Under the pieces are notes generated by a model. That model ran no database searches and was not told where the DNA came from. It saw only the letters and a program-made list of their open reading frames with translations. A stretch of DNA of 35,160 bases, taken from the NCBI GenBank assembly GCA_031266635.1, contig JAISAN010000101.1, positions 1 to 35,160 on the forward strand. The letters are read 5' to 3'. Each line of letters starts with the position of its first letter. Positions within the stretch are counted from its first letter, which is position 1. Below, piece after piece: positions 24,794 through 33,131 of the stretch. The stretch is from Treponema sp. GTDB taxonomy: Bacteria > Spirochaetota > Spirochaetia > Treponematales > Breznakiellaceae. The position numbers were made by a program, and so were the translations under genes.

Positions 24794-24907
24794 GAGGCTG
24801 TTCCAAAACTTCAGTTTTTGGAACAGCAACCTTGCATGGAAAAGCGGGCATTTGACCGCTTTTCCAAGAGGTTGTTTCAAAACCAACCGGGTTTTGGAAC
24901 AACCTCA
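24794..24907 (+). repeat. BIME/REP-like composite repeat B2
   Basis: Aligns with 8331-8450 apart from a 6-nt deletion and a few substitutions, including a compensatory change in the central hairpin (GGAAAAGCGG/CCGCTTTTCC). Confidence 0.85.
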
Positions 24908-25018
24908 AATTACACCGGTTCCTGCCCGCATTACGTCAATCGGGGATTTTGCCCCGGTCCGGACAACAAGAATTGGCGAAGGAGGGAAAATTCGCTATTC
25001 TTCAAATCAGGAGAATAT

Positions 25019-25603
25019 ATGGAGCCTATCATTTTAGCGTCCGGCTCGCTACGGAGGCAGGAATTTTTCCGCCTTCTGGGGCTGCCGTTCAGCATCATGC
25101 CTCCCCTCATTGACGAAACTATTGTCCAGGGAGTGGAACCCCGAAAAATGGCGGAAAATTTCGCGGCCAGGAAAGTAAAAAAGGTGGTTGAATTAATGAA
25201 AGGACGGATACCGGCCTGGGTCTGCGGGGCGGATACGATTATTTCAGTGGACGGAGATATTTACGGTAAGCCGAAGGACCGGGAGGACGCGGGGGCCATG
25301 CTTTCCCGGCTCCAGGGACGGGAGCATGAGGTTATTACCGCGGTGGCCCTGAAAAACCGGGAAGGGGTCATTGACTGCCGTTCCGTGATCAGCTCGGTGT
25401 CTTTCGCGCGTCTTTCGGAACAGGAAATCGAATGGTATCTCAATACCGGGGAATGGCAGGGGGTGGCGGGGTCCTACAAGATTCAGGGGCTGGCGTCCTG
25501 TTACATCACCGGCATAAAAGGCTCCCCCAGCGCGGTGGTGGGCTTGCCAATGAACGAATTTTATGTCATGTTAAGGGATAATGGTTATCCCTATGGGGGA
25601 TGA
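25019..25603 (+). CDS. maf: Maf-like nucleoside triphosphate pyrophosphatase / septum formation protein
   Basis: Start set to ATG 25019 (MEPIILASGSLRRQEFF...) with AGGAG upstream. The extended ORF from 24818 is a translation of repeat B2. ADTIISVDG and GAYKIQG-type motifs are present. Confidence 0.9.
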   Translation: MEPIILASGSLRRQEFFRLLGLPFSIMPPLIDETIVQGVEPRKMAENFAARKVKKVVELMKGRIPAWVCGADTIISVDGDIYGKPKDREDAGAMLSRLQGREHEVITAVALKNREGVIDCRSVISSVSFARLSEQEIEWYLNTGEWQGVAGSYKIQGLASCYITGIKGSPSAVVGLPMNEFYVMLRDNGYPYGG

Positions 25604-25633
25604 CGGGTCAAAGGGCGTTGCTTTTTGACCGGA

Positions 25634-25677
25634 GCGTTTCTGAAAAACCCAGGCGGATTTTCAGAAACGCATATTTT
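25634..25677 (+). terminator. 13-bp hairpin after maf (GCGTTTCTGAAAA / TTTTCAGAAACGC) followed by ATATTTT: possible terminator and solo palindromic unit
   Basis: Arms 25634-25646 and 25658-25670 are exact complements. The arm sequence is the B4 palindromic unit (GTTCAGAAAC/GTTTCTGAAC) in flipped order. Confidence 0.5.
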
Positions 25678-25777
25678 CCGCCGCCGGACGGGTTTTGCCC
25701 GTTTCCGGGGGTGAGATACAGGGAAGGTTGCGAAAAAGCGGCGCCTCCGGGTCCGGCTTTTTGCACGGGAGGATATT

Positions 25778-26683
25778 TTGGCTGTAGTTACCATGAAAAG
25801 TCTCCTGGAATCAGGGGTACATTTCGGCCATCAGGTGAAACGCTGGGACCCGCGGATGAAAAAGTACATCTTCGCGGAACGGAACGGCATTCACATCATC
25901 GACTTGCAGAAGACCATTCAGGCGATCAAGGACGCCTACGAAGCGGTCCGCAAAACCGTGGGGGCGGGAAAAACCGTCCTCTTCGTGGGAACAAAAAAAC
26001 AGGCCCAGCAGGCGATCCAAAAAGAAGCGGAACGCTGCGGCATGTTTTATGTGAACAACCGCTGGCTCGGCGGGATGCTCACCAATTTTTTTACCATCAA
26101 AAAGTCCCTGCTCCGTTTAAAAAAACTGGAAAAGATGGAAATAGACGGGACCTTTGAAAACCTCACCAAAAAAGAGATCGCCTCCCTGGGTAAGGAACGG
26201 GCGAAACTCCAGAAAAACCTGGGGGGCATAAAGGAAATGAAGGACCCGCCGGGGATCCTTTTTATCATCGACACCCGGAAAGAAGCTATCGCGGTGGCGG
26301 AAGCCCAGCGGATGGGTATACCCATTGTGGCGGTAGTGGACACCAACTGTAACCCCGAAGGCATAAATTATCCCATCCCCGGTAATGACGACGCGATCCG
26401 GGCCATCACCCTCTTTACCCAGATCGTTGCCAACGCGGTAGTGGAAGCGGATAACGAAGTGGGGCTCAAAATCATCGAAACCCTGGGTGATGAAGACGAG
26501 GACATGGAAGATATTATGACCGATGTATCGATCAAGGAAGAGGATCGGGAAATCGACATCGAATCCTATTCTACCGAGCCACCTGTTGTGGAAAACGTTG
26601 TCCAGGAAACCGGAACGGGTCCGGGAGTTGATGAAGAAGATCAGCTTCCGGTGGACGTAGACAAAGTATACGGAGAAGAATAA
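25778..26683 (+). CDS. rpsB: 30S ribosomal protein S2 with long acidic C-terminal tail
   Basis: TTG start after [25 protein letters not shown]...RWLGGMLTN is the canonical S2 N-terminus. The tail from about residue 237 is Asp/Glu-rich. Confidence 0.97.
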   Translation: MAVVTMKSLLESGVHFGHQVKRWDPRMKKYIFAERNGIHIIDLQKTIQAIKDAYEAVRKTVGAGKTVLFVGTKKQAQQAIQKEAERCGMFYVNNRWLGGMLTNFFTIKKSLLRLKKLEKMEIDGTFENLTKKEIASLGKERAKLQKNLGGIKEMKDPPGILFIIDTRKEAIAVAEAQRMGIPIVAVVDTNCNPEGINYPIPGNDDAIRAITLFTQIVANAVVEADNEVGLKIIETLGDEDEDMEDIMTDVSIKEEDREIDIESYSTEPPVVENVVQETGTGPGVDEEDQLPVDVDKVYGEE

Positions 26684-27537
26684 TGGAAATCAGCGCGGCG
26701 GATGTAAAGAAGCTTCGGGAAAAAACCGGGGCGGGAATGATGGAATGTAAAAAAGCCCTTGTCGATTCGGAAGGCGATTTTGCCGGCGCCGAAAAGCTCC
26801 TCAAGGAAAAGGGGCTTGCGGCGGTGGAGAAACGGGCCGGCCGGGCCACCAACGAAGGCAAGGTTTTTGTGAAAATCAGCGATGACGGCGCCAAAGCGGC
26901 CCTGGTGGAGCTGGCCTCGGAAACGGACTTTGTGGCCCGGAACCCGGAATTTATCGCCCTGGGGGATATTATTGCCGGCAAAGTTTTAGAAAAAGACTGC
27001 GCCGGGCCGAATGAAGAGCTTTCCGCCCTGGTGACGGATCTGGCCACCAAAATCCGGGAAAACATGAGCCTGAAACGGCTTACCCTGGTAAAGGCCGCAG
27101 CCAATGAATACCTTACCCGGTATATCCACGGGGACGGCAATATCGGCGTGGTGGTCAAAATGGAATCGGACAAGCCCGAAATCTTCAAAAGTGAAGACGC
27201 CAAAAATTTTGCCTTTACGATTGCCCTGCACATCGCGGCCTTTAATCCCCTGGCCCTGGACCGGACAAAAATCGATCCCGCCTACCTCAAAGAGCAGGAA
27301 GAGATTTTCCGCAAGCAGATGGAGGGGGACGAAAAGCTTAACGGTAAGCCCGCCAACGTGATCGACAATATCCTCAAGGGAAAGATCAGCAAGTACTTGT
27401 CGGATATTTGCCTCCTGGAACAGGCGTATGTGAAGGATGAGAAATTTACCGTGGCCCAGGCCCTAGCCGATTGCGGCAAGAAATTGGGGGCGGCCATCAG
27501 TGTCAAGGATTATGTCTATTATAAAGTAGGGGCATAA
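26683..27537 (+). CDS. tsf: Translation elongation factor Ts
   Basis: [26 protein letters not shown] is the EF-Ts UBA-like N-terminus. The ATG overlaps the rpsB TAA (TAATG). Confidence 0.97.
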   Translation: MEISAADVKKLREKTGAGMMECKKALVDSEGDFAGAEKLLKEKGLAAVEKRAGRATNEGKVFVKISDDGAKAALVELASETDFVARNPEFIALGDIIAGKVLEKDCAGPNEELSALVTDLATKIRENMSLKRLTLVKAAANEYLTRYIHGDGNIGVVVKMESDKPEIFKSEDAKNFAFTIALHIAAFNPLALDRTKIDPAYLKEQEEIFRKQMEGDEKLNGKPANVIDNILKGKISKYLSDICLLEQAYVKDEKFTVAQALADCGKKLGAAISVKDYVYYKVGA

Positions 27538-27538
27538 C

Positions 27539-28093
27539 ATGGCGGACGTTTTATTATCATCCGAAGAACGGATGAAAAAAACCGTGGCAAACCTCAAAGA
27601 AGGTTTTGCCTCCCTCCGAACCGGCCGGGCTTCGGCGTCCCTCTTTGACAAAATCCGGGTGGACTGCTACGGGGAGAAATCACCCCTGAACCAGGTGGCC
27701 AATATTTCCATCCCCGAGGCCCGGCTCATCGTGATCCAGCCCTGGGATAAAAACCTGATCGGAGAAATCGAAAAGGCCATCCGCAGCTCGGAACTGTCCC
27801 TCAACCCCTCCAACGACGGCAAGGTGATCCGCATCAGTATTCCGCCCCTCACGGAGGAACGGCGGAAGGAACTGGTGAAGCTGGCGAAAAACCAGGCCGA
27901 GCAGTCGAGGGTGGCGGTGCGGAATATCCGCCGGGACGGCAACGAGGAACTCAAAAAACTGCTCAAGGATTCTTCCATTACCGAAGATGATGAAAGCAAG
28001 TCCTCGGCGGAATTGCAGAAGCTGACGGATAATTACATCACCAGGGTGAATCAGGTTCTGGAAGAAAAAGAAAAAGAAATTTTGGAAGTCTAA
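27539..28093 (+). CDS. frr: Ribosome recycling factor
   Basis: 184 aa. LRTGRASASLFD...PLTEERRKELVK...RNIRRD are canonical RRF motifs. Confidence 0.97.
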   Translation: MADVLLSSEERMKKTVANLKEGFASLRTGRASASLFDKIRVDCYGEKSPLNQVANISIPEARLIVIQPWDKNLIGEIEKAIRSSELSLNPSNDGKVIRISIPPLTEERRKELVKLAKNQAEQSRVAVRNIRRDGNEELKKLLKDSSITEDDESKSSAELQKLTDNYITRVNQVLEEKEKEILEV

Positions 28094-28914
28094 TGCCCGG
28101 AGCCCCAGGAAAAGAACGCGCGGAAAAGGTGTATGGTCCTCCGGAAAAACCGGTTCCGGCCCATGTGGGAATTATTATGGACGGGAACGGCCGCTGGGCC
28201 CAAAGCCGGGGCCTTCCCCGTACTCAGGGGCATCTTGAGGGGCTCAAGGCGGCAAAACGGATTGTAAAGGCGGCCAGCGATTTGGGAATTCTATACCTCA
28301 CCCTCTATGTATTTTCCACGGAAAACTGGAAACGGGCCGGGGAAGAAGTGGGTTTTATCATGTCTTTAATTAAAAAATATCTCCGGGGAGAACTGAATTT
28401 TTACCGGGAAAACCGCATCCGTATCCGCCACGCGGGAGACCCGGCGGGGCTTTCCCCGGATATTGTGGCGGATCTGCGAACTGCCGCAGAGGATACCAAA
28501 AATTTCGGGGGAATGCAGGTGATCCTGGCCCTGAACTACGGCGGCCGGGACGAGATAGTCCGGGCGCTACGGCGGTTTGCTAAGGATGCCGGCAGCGGTA
28601 TATGCCCCGGCGGTTCCGTAACGGAGGAGGCAATCCGGGCGCGGCTTGACAACCCCGATGTGCCGGACCCGGACCTGGTTGTCCGTACCGCCGGGGAATT
28701 CAGGATCAGCAATTTTCTCCTCTGGGAAGGGGCCTATGCGGAATATGTTATTTCCCCAAAATTGTGGCCCGACTTTACCGAAGAAGACCTTGTCTTGGCG
28801 GTGAATGATTACCGGAACCGGGACCGCCGTTTTGGGGGCATAGTTTCCGCGGAACGCGGATTTAACGCCGGGAAAGAGACGCGGCCCGCGGAGAAAGCGA
28901 GGGCGGACGGATGA
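28093..28914 (+). CDS. uppS: Undecaprenyl (di-trans,poly-cis) diphosphate synthase
   Basis: HVGIIMDGNGRWA, FSTENWKR and RTAGEFRISNFLLWE motifs. The ATG overlaps the frr TAA. Confidence 0.95.
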   Translation: MPGAPGKERAEKVYGPPEKPVPAHVGIIMDGNGRWAQSRGLPRTQGHLEGLKAAKRIVKAASDLGILYLTLYVFSTENWKRAGEEVGFIMSLIKKYLRGELNFYRENRIRIRHAGDPAGLSPDIVADLRTAAEDTKNFGGMQVILALNYGGRDEIVRALRRFAKDAGSGICPGGSVTEEAIRARLDNPDVPDPDLVVRTAGEFRISNFLLWEGAYAEYVISPKLWPDFTEEDLVLAVNDYRNRDRRFGGIVSAERGFNAGKETRPAEKARADG

Positions 28915-29768
28915 ATATAAAAAAACTAATCTCCCGGCTGGCGGTTTTTTTCATCGGCCTTCCCCTTATCGCGGCGCTGGTGATTTATCTCCCCCAGCTT
29001 AACCACCTTGCCATAAATATCGCCGCGGTGGTTTTCAGCGCCCTGGGGGCGGTGGAGTTCGCGGGAATTCTCAAAAAGAAAAATCTTTCCCTGCCCGTGG
29101 TGGAAGCGGTTTTTCTCGGCGCGGCGGCCCCGGCGGCGATGACCGCGGTGGTGAGTTTCGGCGCTCCCATTCTGGCGTTGCCCGCGTTTATGGCCGCCGG
29201 GGCCTCGTGGGTTTTGATTTCCCGGATTTTTTCCCCGGAGAAAAAACTGGAAAATTTTATGGGCCGGACCGCCGCGGGTTTTGCGGTCCTCATTTACCCC
29301 GGCCTGTTTATGAGCTGGATCGTCCGGCTGAGTTTTTTGCCCAAAACGGAAATTATCATTTTAACGTTTTTAAGCAGTGTGTTTGCCAACGATTCTTTGG
29401 CCTGGACTACGGGGATGCTTTTCGGCAAGGGAAACCGGGGGATTATCCCGGCGAGCCCCAACAAAAGCATTGCCGGGTTTATCGGGGGTTTTGCCGCGTC
29501 CGCTCTGGTCGGTTTTTTGGGGGTCTTTCTTTTTCCCGAAGCCTTCAGGCCCCGGTTCCCCGCCCTGCCTTCGGGACTTATTTTGGGATTTGCCACAGGA
29601 ATCGCCGGGTCATTGGGGGATCTGGGAGAATCGGCGATAAAACGGAGCGCCGATGTAAAAGATTCCGGCTTCCTCATCCCCGGCAGGGGCGGCGTTCTTG
29701 ATTCCATTGATTCCCTGTCCCTGGCCGCGCCGGTATTTTATCTGGTCTGCCGTCTCCTCTTTTATTAG
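28911..29768 (+). CDS. cdsA: Phosphatidate cytidylyltransferase
   Basis: Polytopic 285-aa ORF with the C-terminal signature SAIKRSADVKDSGFLIPGRGGVLD. ATGA overlap with uppS. Confidence 0.9.
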   Translation: MNIKKLISRLAVFFIGLPLIAALVIYLPQLNHLAINIAAVVFSALGAVEFAGILKKKNLSLPVVEAVFLGAAAPAAMTAVVSFGAPILALPAFMAAGASWVLISRIFSPEKKLENFMGRTAAGFAVLIYPGLFMSWIVRLSFLPKTEIIILTFLSSVFANDSLAWTTGMLFGKGNRGIIPASPNKSIAGFIGGFAASALVGFLGVFLFPEAFRPRFPALPSGLILGFATGIAGSLGDLGESAIKRSADVKDSGFLIPGRGGVLDSIDSLSLAAPVFYLVCRLLFY

Positions 29769-29782
29769 GGTTTTTTATTACC

Positions 29783-30964
29783 ATGAAAAAAAGAATTGCC
29801 CTGCTGGGGGCTACCGGCTCTATCGGAAAAAGTACGCTGGATGTGATCCGCCGGGGAAAAGATGATTTTGAAGTTGTTCTCCTCTCAAGCCACACCGGCG
29901 CGGCGGCCCTGCGGGAACTGGGGAAGGAATTCCCCGGCGCGCGTCTGGCCCTTTCCGGCGGAGCGGCGGCGGAGGGCGTTTCTTTTCCCGGTCCCGGCGG
30001 ACTTCTGCGGGCCATAGCCGAAACAGGGGCGGACATTACGGTGAACGGCGTCTCCGGCGCCGCGGGGCTTCTGCCCTCACTGGCGGCGATTGACGCCGGT
30101 TCGGATCTGGCCCTGGCAAACAAGGAAACGATAGTTATGGCGGGCCCCCTGGTTTTTGATCGGGCCCGGGAAAAAAAGGTAAAAATCCTGCCGGTGGATT
30201 CGGAACATTCGGCGATCTTTCACCTTGTCGAGGCCCACGGGGCGGAGGGGGTGGAGGAAATTCTCCTTACCGCTTCCGGGGGGCCGTTCAGGAAATTGTC
30301 CCGGGAACAGATGGCGGCGGTTAGCGCCAAAGACGCATTGGCCCACCCCACCTGGAATATGGGGCCCAAAATTACCGTTGATTCCGCCTCCCTGGCGAAC
30401 AAGGGCCTTGAGGTGATCGAGGCGGTACGGCTTTTTGGCATGGCGCCGGAAAAGATCAGCGTCCTTATTCACCCCCAGAGCGTGGTTCATTCCATGGTAC
30501 GGATGAAAGACGGGGCGGTTTACGCCCAGCTTTCCCGGCCCGACATGCGGCTTCCCATCCACGAAGCCCTGTACTGGCCGGAAACGCGGCCTTCGCCCTT
30601 TGGGAAGCTCGATTTCCGGGGGCTCTCCCTGGATTTTGAAGCCCCTGACACGGAACGGTTTCCCATGCTGGGTTTGGCTTATATGGCAATCCGGCGGGGG
30701 GGCGTCTATCCCTGCGTATACAACGCGGCCAATGAGGAGGCGGCGGCGGCTTTTCTGGAGGGCCGCGCCGGATTCCTTGATATACCCCGGATTGTTGAGT
30801 ATGTTTTAACCAGAGATTTTATGCCGCCAGGTTTCGGGTCTTCGGAACCGGATATTTTAAAAGAAAAACCTGGCGATCTTGCAAACATTCTGGCCGCCGA
30901 CGGGGAAGCCCGGAAATTGGCCGGAGAATTTATATTAGAGTTGTTCAGAAACTTCAGTTTCTGA
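29783..30964 (+). CDS. dxr: 1-deoxy-D-xylulose 5-phosphate reductoisomerase
   Basis: LLGATGSIGKSTLDV, LANKETIV, PVDSEHSAIF and HPTWNMGPKITVDSA motifs. The last 8 codons and the stop lie inside repeat B4. Confidence 0.95.
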   Translation: MKKRIALLGATGSIGKSTLDVIRRGKDDFEVVLLSSHTGAAALRELGKEFPGARLALSGGAAAEGVSFPGPGGLLRAIAETGADITVNGVSGAAGLLPSLAAIDAGSDLALANKETIVMAGPLVFDRAREKKVKILPVDSEHSAIFHLVEAHGAEGVEEILLTASGGPFRKLSREQMAAVSAKDALAHPTWNMGPKITVDSASLANKGLEVIEAVRLFGMAPEKISVLIHPQSVVHSMVRMKDGAVYAQLSRPDMRLPIHEALYWPETRPSPFGKLDFRGLSLDFEAPDTERFPMLGLAYMAIRRGGVYPCVYNAANEEAAAAFLEGRAGFLDIPRIVEYVLTRDFMPPGFGSSEPDILKEKPGDLANILAADGEARKLAGEFILELFRNFSF

Positions 30965-31063
30965 ACAACAACCATTAAAAAACAGCAAAATGTGGAACAT
31001 TTTGCCGAGACTTGCAAGCTAACCGCAGGTTAGCAGATAACCAACCGGGTTATTGAACAAGTC
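30938..31063 (+). repeat. BIME/REP-like composite repeat B4 (divergent, with an extra inserted hairpin)
   Basis: Hairpin GTTGTTCAGAAAC-TTCA-GTTTCTGAACAAC, hairpin CAAAATG-TGGAA-CATTTTG, then GACTTG...ATAAC-CAACCGG-GTTATTGAACAAGTC. The reverse complement aligns with B3 (24229-24334). Confidence 0.7.
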
Positions 31064-31094
31064 CATTATCCTTAGTAAAAAGAGAGGCGGAATA

Positions 31095-32453
31095 ATGCTG
31101 ATATTAAAGATACTGCTGGGCCTTGCCGGGCTAGGAGTGGTGGTTTTTGTCCACGAGCTGGGACATTTTCTCGCCGCCCGGCTGATGGGGATCGACGTGG
31201 AAGCTTTTTCCATCGGCTGGGGAAAACCCGTCCTGAAAAAAAAGCTGGGGGCTGTGGAGTACCGGCTTGGCATGTTTCCCCTGGGCGGTTACTGCAAGAT
31301 GCGGGGGGAAAACGAATTTCAGGAAGCCTGGGAAAACCGGCAAAACGCGGTAACTCCGGTTCCGGGAACTTTTTTGGGCGCGGGGCCCTTTCGCCGTATT
31401 GTGGTATCCCTGGCGGGGCCCTTCTTCAACCTGGTTTTCGCGGTACTGGTTCTTTCGGTTATCTGGGGCTGCGGTTTTGAGGTGAATACCCTGAGCAACC
31501 GGATCGTTTTGGCCTCCGAAATAAACCCCGGCCAGCCCTACCCCGCCGATGAGGCGGGTCTCAAAACCGGGGACCGGATCATCGAAATCAACGGCAGAAA
31601 AACCCCCTACTACCACGACATTCAGGAAAATATCGCGGTGAATCCGGAAAAAGCGCTGGCCCTTACGGTAGACCGGGAGGGGGAGACCCTCTCCCTGGCG
31701 GTAAAGCCGAACCTGGACAAGAGTACCGGCGCGGGAAGAATCGGCGTCTACTTCTGGACCGATCCGGTCATTGAGAATGTACGAGCGGGGGGACCCGCCG
31801 CCGCCGCGGGCCTCCAGGGGGGAGACCGGATTCTCCGGGTAAACGGAGAGGAAATCCGGCACAGCGTGGATTTTTTCCGTTTTTTGGATACGGCCCCGCC
31901 CTCCCTTTCCGTTGAGTATGACCGGAACGGGGAGCCGCGAAACGCCACCATCATCCCCCTTTATGCGGAAGACGGAAGCGGCGATTTGGGGATCAATTAC
32001 CAGTATATTAGCTACCGGACCCCGGCGCTTTCACCTTTCGCGGCCCTGCTCAAAGGGGCCGGGGAAAGCTGGAAAACCTTCGTGGTCTCCCTGCGGAGCC
32101 TCGGCCTGCTGTTCCGGGGCGTAGATCTGACCCAGGCTGTTTCCGGCCCGGTTCGCATCACCTATATGGTGGGTGATATTGCCGCCGAGGGTTTTGGCCA
32201 GAGTTTTGGCACGGGACTCCGCTCTATGGCGGATTTTCTCGCCCTCATCTCCATCGCCCTCTGCATCATGAATCTCCTCCCCCTTCCCGTCCTTGACGGA
32301 GGCATGATAGTCCTGTTTATCATAGAAGCGATAAAGCGGAAGCCTCTGCATCCCCGGTTTATCAGCGCTTTTCAGACCGTGGGGGTGGTGCTTATTTTCG
32401 GCCTGATGATCTTTGCTGTTTTTGGAGATATTCTGTATCTGGTCCGGCGTTGA
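31095..32453 (+). CDS. rseP: RIP (site-2) zinc metalloprotease RseP
   Basis: Start set to ATG 31095 (MLILKILLG...). HELGH zinc motif, a PDZ-like segment and C-terminal NLLPLPVLDGG. Confidence 0.9.
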   Translation: MLILKILLGLAGLGVVVFVHELGHFLAARLMGIDVEAFSIGWGKPVLKKKLGAVEYRLGMFPLGGYCKMRGENEFQEAWENRQNAVTPVPGTFLGAGPFRRIVVSLAGPFFNLVFAVLVLSVIWGCGFEVNTLSNRIVLASEINPGQPYPADEAGLKTGDRIIEINGRKTPYYHDIQENIAVNPEKALALTVDREGETLSLAVKPNLDKSTGAGRIGVYFWTDPVIENVRAGGPAAAAGLQGGDRILRVNGEEIRHSVDFFRFLDTAPPSLSVEYDRNGEPRNATIIPLYAEDGSGDLGINYQYISYRTPALSPFAALLKGAGESWKTFVVSLRSLGLLFRGVDLTQAVSGPVRITYMVGDIAAEGFGQSFGTGLRSMADFLALISIALCIMNLLPLPVLDGGMIVLFIIEAIKRKPLHPRFISAFQTVGVVLIFGLMIFAVFGDILYLVRR

Positions 32454-32516
32454 CGCCGCCTGGGTTCCGCTGGTTTAGCCTTGTCCGGCGGCAATCCGGG
32501 GGCGGGGAGGAGTTGA

Positions 32517-33131
32517 ATGAACCAAAAAATATCCTGTCTCTGTGATAACAGCTTTTCGGTGGAATTCCCCGGAGAGATCGATCTGGATCAGCGGCCTGAA
32601 TACCTCAACGAAATTATGGACGGTTCTTTTATGAATTATACCTGTCCAAGCTGCGGAAAAAAACATAAACCCGAATTTTCCCTAATCCTCCTGTGGCCCA
32701 GCCGGAAAATCCGGTTTGAAATTCTGCCGGAACTTGAACGGGGGGAATTCTACCGCCGGAAAAAAGATCCGCCCGGTACGGAGACCCTTATCGGCTATCC
32801 GGAGATGGCGGACCGGCTGGCTCTTATCCGGGACGGCCTTGAACCCGCGGTAGTGGAGGCCCTGAAATATTACCTTCTCCTCAAAGCGGAAGAAAATTAC
32901 CCCGACAGTGATATTAGCGTCTGGTACCAGGCCAAGGGCCCTGAAAGCATCGAGTTTCACCTCCACGGAATCCGTGAAGGCGAGGTAGCGGTAAGCCGGG
33001 TTCCCCTGGCCGTTTATGAAAAAACCCTGGAGGATTTTCACAAACACCCCAGGGGCGAAATCTACCGGTCCCTTAGGTACCGGTCCTATCTTTCCGTACA
33101 GAACATGATCCATCCCGAGGGGTTAAAATGA
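32517..33131 (+). CDS. Hypothetical protein, CpXC-like zinc-ribbon N-terminus
   Basis: 204 aa. C-x-C ... C-P-S-C pairs (ISCLCDNSF...YTCPSCGKKH). GGAGGAG RBS. Annotation is by motif only. Confidence 0.4.
   Translation: MNQKISCLCDNSFSVEFPGEIDLDQRPEYLNEIMDGSFMNYTCPSCGKKHKPEFSLILLWPSRKIRFEILPELERGEFYRRKKDPPGTETLIGYPEMADRLALIRDGLEPAVVEALKYYLLLKAEENYPDSDISVWYQAKGPESIEFHLHGIREGEVAVSRVPLAVYEKTLEDFHKHPRGEIYRSLRYRSYLSVQNMIHPEGLK

Noticed and set aside
25600-26157. 185-aa plus-strand ORF overlapping the rpsB leader and 5-prime half
   Set aside because: It is out of frame with the unmistakable S2 CDS, its composition is Arg/Gly/Pro-rich, and it has no recognisable motifs.
26571-27233. 220-aa minus-strand ORF antisense to tsf, plus other antisense ORFs in the rpsB-rseP block
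   Set aside because: These are Ser/Ala/Arg-rich shadow frames of highly conserved plus-strand genes.
27537-27539. Absence of pyrH between tsf and frr as a local deletion
   Set aside because: Only 1 nt separates tsf from frr and there is no scar. The same gene order is what I recall for other spirochaetes, so this is treated as lineage-typical.
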